Positions 54,931-64,000 of a DNA stretch of 64,000 nucleotides are shown here, in pieces. The notes beneath the pieces were generated by a model, which saw only the letters and a program-made list of their open reading frames with translations, ran no database searches and was not told where the DNA came from. How positions within the stretch are numbered: position 1 is the first letter of the stretch; each line of letters begins with the position of its first letter. The stretch is from contig NC_042999.1 in the NCBI RefSeq assembly GCF_006345805.1, forward strand, positions 52,080,001 through 52,144,000, read 5' to 3'. This DNA comes from Octopus sinensis (lineage: Eukaryota). The position numbers and the translations under genes were made by a program.

Positions 54931-56472
54931 TGTGTGTGTATTGGATTCTCACGTCGTTGAAGTCGACTTTACTCAAATATTTGAACTGAGGAAAATCAGG
55001 ACTGACACCTGGTTCTGTATTCTGATGCTTTGCTTTCCCAGAAAGAAAAGGGAATGCTGCATTGCTTCAGATGGTCTTTTAGTTTGTCTTTGAAGCACAA
55101 GAGTGGCCTTCAAACTGACCTTTCTGTTGGGAATTGACCCAAGAGAAGTTGATTTGGATTTCTGATGCCACTCATACGTGATGCATGATCTGACTATCTT
55201 TTGGTGAGGATGGTTTCAATACCTGATAGGAATTTTGTTAGCACTTCACTGTTACTTATATGGTCACTCGGAGATATTACTTGCATAAATATACATGTGT
55301 GTGTGTGTGTATACGCACACACACGTACATTATTTTCTAAATCCAAATGCATGCAAATGCAAAATCATAACTAATGCATGTTCGTTTGTGTGTATATATG
55401 TAAGTAAATGTATGCCTGTGCTCTCACACACACATACACATATATTTACATATATATCTGTACGTATACATATATATGTACACATATGTATCGCTCTCTC
55501 TGTATGCAAACACAATATATATATATATATATATGTGTGTGTGCGTGTGTGTGTGTGTGTAATATGCATGCATACAAACATTCATATGCACACATATACA
55601 TACGCAAGTGCACTTGGTAATACAGATGGAAGCACAGGTATACTCAAACATACGCATGCGCACATACACCACCATAATGTGTAAACTTGATAGAAATTCA
55701 CGGGAAATTTATTACAGTTAAAAAGAAACGAGAGAAAATATCTTTTTTTTTTAATTCATTTTTGACATTAACCATTGTTTGCCTCGTCGCTAATGTCTCC
55801 ATTTGTGCCTTATATTAATTTCTCAAAATCATCATATTTCTTCTGTTCTGCCGCTCATATTACCTCTGTTCTGTGAGAACGAGTTTTATATTTTGTCCAT
55901 CTTCACATTTTACACACAACATTTATCCCCCCTCCCACGTAGCCCCCCCTCCCCACCTGATTTTGTTATTTGGTTTTTGCCTAATGCATTTTTTCTAATG
56001 ACCTATTAAATTTAATAGGTTTTCGCGGTTTATTTGTAATCTTCTTTTGTCGCCGGTGGAATGGGATTGGGGTTCTTTGTGATATACTCGAGAAACACGC
56101 AAAGATATTGAATACAGTAGAATAATAGAAACCTACAGACTTTCATTCCTTCTTATATTTTTCATTTGTAATCCATTTTCCCCTTTATAGATTTAAAAAC
56201 AGTCTTATGGTTGGCTAGTGGAAGTATTCCACAGAGACTAAGTTCCACAGAGACGAAGGTATTGTAAAGCCCCTTCTTCGTTGTCTTATTGAGTAAGAAA
56301 CACAAACAAGTTTCTAAAATGTTGCTATTTGGGTGACATTTTCAGAGCCAAGATAACCTTAGAATATATTCTTTTTTAAGTACTTTTCTAACTCTACACT
56401 CAAGGAAACACGCCCGCAGATATATAGACATGTGTGTATGTGTGGACGAGGGTGCTTGTACTGAGTTATGTA

Positions 56473-56548
<76 letters not shown>

Positions 56549-57939
56549 CTCTGCATATTATTCCCCACAAAAGTTACTCATTTTTTTTATCGTAAGATAC
56601 AGCAATTTTGAGAATAATTGCCGGGGATAAAACATATCTGGTTACGAATTCTAGTTACTATATCTTTCATCATTGTTTCATATAAATATTAGTTTATTTA
56701 AAGGATATGAAAAGATAGGCAAAATGAAAGAAAAATGCCTCTCTTCCTACAAATTAGGCAATTTCCATGGCTAGGTTTTATTTTTATCCCTAACACATAT
56801 CACCGATACCTTCACATAAGATATCAAACACTTTAATATTCATCTCACTTGTTTTACTCGTCACGGTGACTCATTATTCACGTTAAAAAATTCTTCTTTT
56901 TCTGGTCGCAAATATTTTACTATTGACTTTCTACAGACGATCGTCTTCTCCGAATATATATATATTTCCCTTGATAGTAGTATTATGTATATATATGAGT
57001 CTTTACTTCTAAGGTACGCATAAAGAAATTTCAAATAAATAATCTAAACTCTTGCAATTCAAGTAAAGTTTATAGAAAGTATATAAAATACTTGTAAATC
57101 CAAACTGGTCTGAGACCGTCTTAAATATGGCAACGTTATGTCTGGTACTAAACCTATTGTGTAAAGAATTGTTTGATGATAATATTCAGAAATATGATAA
57201 ATATATTCAGAATTGATTTGTCTTTTATATTTCAGCTTTATTTATGCTTTATTTACATATTTTCTTAAAAGTCAATAAAACTTTACTGAAATTGAATATA
57301 AATTCATGTGTACAGAATGACGCTATTTCTAAATAAACATATTTCAAACAATATTTTTTTATGAAGTTGAACGTGTTTTTAATATGAACATATTTTGCTA
57401 TCTTCCTAACTTTGATTATATTATAATTTTGGTTAGTAATAAATAAAACAACTTGAGTACTTCTTTTATAACTTCAGTTTTGTTTTATTCTTTCCACTTA
57501 TCTCTGTGAACATAGTTGCAAGTGGACCTAGACACCAGTTTCTTGCGCTAAATCACTGCTCTCATAAGCTGGCTATTCCTGTTAACATTTAAGGTGAGGT
57601 ATGTTGTGTGACAGAAAATAGAGTTATACCAGTAAGGAAAATAGAAAATTGCTTTCGTTTTGTAACTGTTGAAGTAGCATTACACAAGTAATTCTCTTTT
57701 CCTTGATGACTAAATAATCTCTATTCAAAGACGTTATTTAGTCCAAATTTCTTCTTGATGGTCATCTGTGAGATTCATATACGTAAAGAACTTTTTGTTC
57801 TTTCTCGTACAGAATATTTGTTCCATTTAAAAAGAACCAATCAAAAAGATTAGCAAGATTAGCAAGATTAGTTTGTTAATTGTTCATCAAATTCATTAAT
57901 ATCGAGCACATTATGCCCAAAGTTGGTCTTCATAGATTA

Positions 57940-60762
57940 CAGTGAGGGAACATTTCTGAAACAAAATTGCGTTGCTTTTTACAACTAGCCTTGCCTAGTG
58001 AGTTCAGAAATGCCCACATAATTTTTTCTATCACGTCAAATATTTTGTTTCTAAGGAATTCATTATTTCCATAAAAATGTCGCGTTTATCATTAAATACA
58101 ATACTGAAATAAGAAACTAAAACGCAAATCAAATAGTATTTTTTATTGTTTAAAAATTATAGGACAAGAGATGTACCTGCATAGCAAGTGATTTGATCTG
58201 CATAGCAAGTGATTGCAGCATGGAAGGTATTTGTAAGCTATTTAAGAAACACACAAAAGCCGTTCGATTCACTTCAACATTTAAATTTAATTTGTCAAAA
58301 TATTTTGGTCACTGACAGTGAACAGGTCGCGGTCTTAAAGCGACCAAAATATTTTGACAAATTAAACTTAAATGTTGAAGTGAATCGAACGGCTTTTGTG
58401 TGTTTCTTAAATGGCTTACAAACACCTTCCAATTATATGACACAAAATTATTAATTACACAACTTAGATATTTCTGTCAAACTGGAGTTTCAGCTACTCA
58501 AAGGATGAACGTTCTCTTTGTTGCTGTGTGTGAATAATTTGCACTACGACACTTTCTTTGCAGAGAGCAGCAGTAGTCACCCATCATGTTTGTGTTCTGC
58601 CTGCGTTGATACCTAGTCTCCATGCTTTTGATATCTTGATGAAATCCTTCATGTTGCTCAACTCTCATTGTTCCAAGATTTTCAGAAATATAGTCGAGAT
58701 GACAGTGCAGGACATTGACTTTTATACGCATGATGCAACGCAATGCTCGAAATTTGGTTGAGTCTGTACAAATTCAGCGTAATTTGACTTCTTGTTTCCT
58801 AAGAAATCAGATACAACGGTAGCAGAAACATTCCATGTTTCTTCTTCAGTGCGAGATATGGTCTCCAAGATCTGCAACAACCACCTAACCTGTGGCCCGT
58901 CAAACACACCAACCTTAATTTTCTCACAAGGCAAGACCGGAAACTTTCTGCTTAGGAACTTAAAGCAGTCACCATCCTAGTCGAAGACTGATATGCAATG
59001 GGGGAAGCAAAAGCTTCCTGGGATCAACCAGCTTCCTGTCTAAAACATTTTCTCTCCAGTTTTGAATCCCCTTCTGTCTGGTCATATTTTTCTTATCCCT
59101 GGGTCACTTCTTGTTCGACTATCCCAATGACACAGAAACCAATGACTCGTAGTAAAACCATATTGTAAACTAAGAAGCAATCCAATGATTTTCAAGTCTC
59201 CACATATCGTCCATTTGTGCTTCTCCTACCTCATCTTTTCAAGCACTATTTTCATGCAACAGACGTTTTTATTTAGCATCACTAAGGAAGCAAACACATT
59301 GCCGTTAAGTAGATTTTCAACTGTTTTATGAGAAGCCTTCAGTCTTCTGAATAGTATTCACATTCCATGGCAGCCACCAGTCCAGTCCGTTAACATCATT
59401 GCAATAAACAAATTCCTCATTTATGCTGAAGAACCATTCTTTTGATGCCTATAAAAGGTGAACTTGGTTCCCGGTGCAAACGGGTTCTTTTCTTTTTAAA
59501 CGTGATCCAATCTTGATCACGGACTAAATCATTTAACTTTGCCTGTGTAGAAACGTTTTGGCAGGGCCTCCTGTCCCGCAGTTCCAGGTTACCATATTCC
59601 ATCTCTTCATTTTCATTTTTTCTATCATAAAAAAACGACATGGCGTATGGTAGCGACAAATCATTCGAGTGTGGCACAGGTTGAATAGTGGATGCCAGAT
59701 TTTGATAACCGATGTGGCACTTAGTAGCAGTTATCATGATAATTTTGTGGGTCCCCCTACACCATGAGAATGCCAAAGATTAGGTGATTTCCAATGACCC
59801 TTTGTGCGCTGCCTCAGCGTTTCAACACATATTTTTCATATTATATAGGGTGACTAGGATTTGTCTTAATCACTCAGTTTCCTGCTAAAGCTTTCTTCGT
59901 AAAATCTGTGATTTTGTTTCCTACCTATTTGAAGTGAAATATTCACAAAAATGTCAGAAAACTTCCGAGCCGTTTTGCATATTTTTCTTTTAAACTGGCC
60001 ACATTTCTGAAATGCAAAATATATATTCAAGCCAGTTGCAATCTGGCTAGAGCATTCTTGAATTTGTCAACAAAGTAAATAAATACAGGTTTGTGGTGAC
60101 CAAAATCCATAAAGAGCATACATAACATGAAGTTCTTTGACCTTACTTAACAAAACAAAAAAGACCTTAACTGATTTAATATCAGATTTGCAACATTCAG
60201 AGCGCATTCAAAATACCAGTTTTCATATGAAATAGTTAAAGGTTCAACAAAACAGATTTCATCTGATTTGCAATGATAGTTATACTAAATTAAGCACAGT
60301 ATGTGCTCATCTGCGGATAAATAAAGCAAATTCCACAAATATGAGACATACATGATGTCAAGGACTGCCAAAATGTGCTGTTTATTGATATCTAATTGTA
60401 TAAAGGGTACTTCTGTCACCATTATGGCATTTAAATCTGGTTAGATTGAAAATAGTGAAAGTTGCTCAAGTTTGATACGTTGCTTAAATCATGACGTTTG
60501 ATTTCCCTTCTTACGTTGAATTTACTGTAAATGACATTGAATAACTATGTTTTCAAAGTTATGTCAAGCTCCATACATAGATCTGCATTTACTGAAGCCA
60601 AAATCTAGTCTTAGAAATGGTAACTACCAGAAATGTTGAGGAATGGACATTTGAGTTTGTAACGTGATAGAGCAAACTGAATTTCATTCTTGAAGCCATC
60701 ACCCCCACATTACTAGGAAACATGTCTCCAACACCAAAAAACAAAATCCATGTTCCCTAGTG
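57940..60762 (-). mobile_element. Chapaev3-like DNA transposon with decayed transposase
   Basis: TTA on both flanks; termini CAGTGAGGGAACA / TGTTCCCTAGTG; subterminal CTATCACGT / ACGTGATAG; peptides GD*DKS*SPYII*KIC, WTICGDLKIIGLLL, KIKVGVFDGPQVR and FHQDIKSMETRYQ..MMGDYC. Confidence 0.7.
58221..58431. repeat. ~90-bp-arm palindrome (MITE-like)
   Basis: 58221-58310 is the reverse complement of 58342-58431 with a few mismatches. Confidence 0.9.
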
Positions 60763-62789
60763 TTATTTGAACAGAAAATCACAAAATAATTGTGAACATC
60801 ACAATGGAAATATCTCTATTTCGTTAATAAACTGTTGCTGGGATTCCTGTTTGAAGAATTAATTATTTTACACTCAATCAGAGAATCTCTATTCTGTGGA
60901 ACTATCTTAATTTGTTGACTTGGGCTTAACTAGGCACTAACCACAAAATCAATCCAAATTGATCCTAAGCTTCAGTCGGACTTCCTGTAGATATCTAACA
61001 GGAATTCTAAATTTCCTCTAGTTAGCAATATGAGAAACCGTGAAAGTACTAAGCGAAATCGAAACTAGTTCAGGTACTAGATTCACGGTCATGTGTCTTG
61101 TCAGTTCGATTCCTGACAAGTTCGATTCAGACTGGGCGGTGCGTTGTTTTATTGAACAACTTCTTCATTTCATGTGTCTTCAGTTGAAAATGAATACAAA
61201 CTTAATTGCTTGTGCATGTGTATTTCCCTTCAGCTATCGCATTCGGATGTTCCGTTGAGTGAAAACTTGGAGGGTTGATAGAGTGCATCAATAACTGTTC
61301 GCGGCTAAATGGCACCGGAAATAATTTGCAAAAGAAGGATGCATGCTGTAATACCATTCTTGCTTGAGCACCACCGCTATGCTTGGTTTGATTTTGTTTT
61401 CTTCTTTTTATATCAGCCATAAGTACATTTCATCCTTATTAACTCTGAATAACGACCATAAAGGTATTATGGTCCATAGCACTAAGTGGAAACTATACTG
61501 AAATGTCACGAGTCTTTCGTTAGTTTGTAAAGCTAAGTTAAACTTTCTTGTGTGAAACATTGCCTTTTTTAGTTGTTGGATCTGAAATCAACTCGTCTTT
61601 ACAGTATGGCAAATATGAATGACATTAAAACTTGTGTTTATGTCACATACACAAGAATATCTTTGAAAGCTGGAGTTAAATTATAAATAATGTTTTCTAA
61701 TAAAACGTTTTTGTAATTGAGTTTCTAATTATGAGAAATTTACTGCAAGATACTTCTCTAATTAATCATGACATAAAAAGTTCATGAGGATATGTTAGCC
61801 AAATCGAAAAGCAAGTTTTTACACTTGAAAGAGTTTAATTTGGAAATAACCATTAAGTTCACGTAATCAAGAAAATAACAATTCTGTGGAATGTCCATTA
61901 ATACTTGATGATATTTCCTGATGTCAAATATATGATACATGTTATACGCTATAAAAATATGTGTTGTCAAAACATTAGTAAATCAATGATGAAAATGATG
62001 CCATAGAATATGTGGATGTTTTCTTCTAAAACGATAACAGAATGATGACCATCATGAAAGTCCCATGGAACTCTTCTGCTTGACACTCATATTATGGTAA
62101 TCATTTCAGATATTACCACTCTTTGTAAGTAACAGGTTTATGCAGCGATTGAACCACTTTGTGGTCATTAGATTTGCTAGAAATAACACACAAATTACCA
62201 TCAAATGATTTGCTACAATATTGTAGCAAAGAAATGATTGGTACAATTGGCACGGCGTAATATCATTATTGTTATTCATCCGATTTCCCCGTGTTTAGAT
62301 CATGAATACTATTAAAGGCATTTCTGACATTATAATTACTATTAATCGTGCACTTGGTTACCGAAATAGCCACTTGTTCAAGATTAGAACTGAGGTAGTT
62401 AGTCAAGCATCCCAGTGTTCAAATTATTATTAGTATAATGCTGTAGCTGTATATGCACGCACCGATGTGTATCAATATGAGAATGTATATCCAAGAGTAT
62501 ATGTATGAGTGAAGGAACTGAAGGAAAAAAAACTCTGGTGGTGACCATGAACGAATTTCCATGTGATATTTGATTTGTACTAAATTATAAACATTCCTTT
62601 ATACTCGCGCCGTTGGAAGTACAATGACGGATTGATAAGTCCGTTGGGGAATTGCAACGTATTCAGCAATTGTACGTCAGTTGCGATAGAAAATAATTTA
62701 CAGGAAGAACTGTAATAAATTAAAACGTTGTTTAAGTAATGTGATTCTTCGCAGGTTTGACACGAGGTATTTTTGCTTAACAGAACTTC

Positions 62790-63430
62790 TATACGAGATC
62801 TGATCAAAAAGTATCAGGACTGGTGCTGTAAAAAGAAAACTACAACACAACAATTTGGCATTGAATCTCCTTCGAAGTAATCTCCTTCTGAATTCTCACA
62901 CTTCATGCAGCATCGTTTCCATCGATAGAAGCATTCCCGGAACTCCTCTTCTTTGGGATGGCCAGCAGCTGCCTCATCGCATTCCCTTGGATTTCCCTGA
63001 CGTCTTGAAATCTTGTTCCTTTCAAAAGGGTTTCCTTTCAAGTCTTTGTTTTGGGGTCATAGACGCAGACCTACGATTCATCACTTGTTATGATCGTTTT
63101 CAAACCGATGTCTTCATCAACACAATCAAGGAGATCCTGCGCAGCTGAAATCCGATCTCCTTTTTAAGACGATCACACTCTACACACTTTATTTCCAAGC
63201 AAGCATGTCATAGTTTATTGTGCCACAGAGTTGAAGGTCAATCTGTGTGGCTTCAGTCTGCGTACTTTAGCTCTGTTAGCATAACGACTGTCCTGGTACT
63301 TTTTGATCAGACCTCGTACATCCCAGTAGCTAGCCAAGTTCATAATGTAAATGTATACCAATCAAATTTTGAATTCATCGATACGGTTGGTCATTCTTCT
63401 TGCCAAATTAACGGAACGATTCTTCACCCC
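62790..63430 (-). mobile_element. Internally deleted mariner remnant
   Basis: TA then CGAGATCTGATCAAAAAGTATCAGGAC TIR-like end; C-terminal EEEFRECFYRWKRCCMKCENSEGDYFEGD. Confidence 0.75.
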
Positions 63431-64000
63431 CCTCCCCACCAATAACATTCTTTCCAGCAGACTTTATGACGATCTAATCACTACCGCTAGCAAACAATTC
63501 TAACACACGCTTCACGTGTACACCTTTTATGTATACGCACTTCTACACATATATGAATACGTGTGTTAATATACATGTGTAAATACATACATATTCATAT
63601 TGGTTTAATATTTCTATGCAATGCGTATGTATATCGTAGACGATAAAACGCTGCGATGATGTAAATCTTGCTCGACAATTTTATTTACAATAGCTTGTAA
63701 GTGAGAAGAAATAATAATATTGTACCTTATTAGTAAACACAGCGTGAAAGTTAATTCTCGAATCTATGTATTAGTTACTGGACTGTTGCATACAATCTAC
63801 AAGTAAAATCAGGTTGAGATTGAAAACTTTGTGGAGCCATAGCTAAAATAATTGTGAGTCAGCGTTAAAAAGATATGGAAGAATAACTTCGAATAGATAA
63901 CATCTGTACAGACAGAATTGATGTTAAAATGGTATTAGGTGTGTCTGGCTAAAAGACAAACTGAAGAATATATCACAATTCTGTTCTGTATGGCTGATCA

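Noticed and set aside
61202-61420. Possible hAT transposase N-terminus (MADIKRRK..SGGAQAR)
   Set aside because: Too short; no TIR or catalytic motif seen

Overview
AT-rich, microsatellite-laden animal intergenic/intronic DNA. The SINE families and repeat landscape look like a coleoid cephalopod (Octopus-like); this is inference, not a database result. There is no intact host gene. The only host-type coding sequence is a disrupted carbohydrate sulfotransferase (Sulfotransfer_2/CHST-like) exon at 45968-47056 (-). The rest is a transposon landscape. It includes several tRNA-derived SINE families and an ~8.5 kb head-to-tail stack of R4/Dong-like RLE retrotransposons inserted in (TAA)n (30.3-38.8 kb). 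It also holds a 555-bp non-coding element bounded by TAA/CAA repeats (two copies with the same ends) and an ORF1-only L1/Tx1-like element inserted with a 15-bp TSD into a SINE tRNA head. Penelope-like remnants carry hammerhead motifs, including a 600-bp palindrome with two copies, and one RTE-type element begins with an HDV-like fold. The window also contains CR1-like and RTE fragments, a Chapaev3-like DNA transposon, mariner/pogo remnants and MITE-like palindromes. Most short ORFs in the track are microsatellite translations. Family names come from motif recognition by eye and need confirmation by search.
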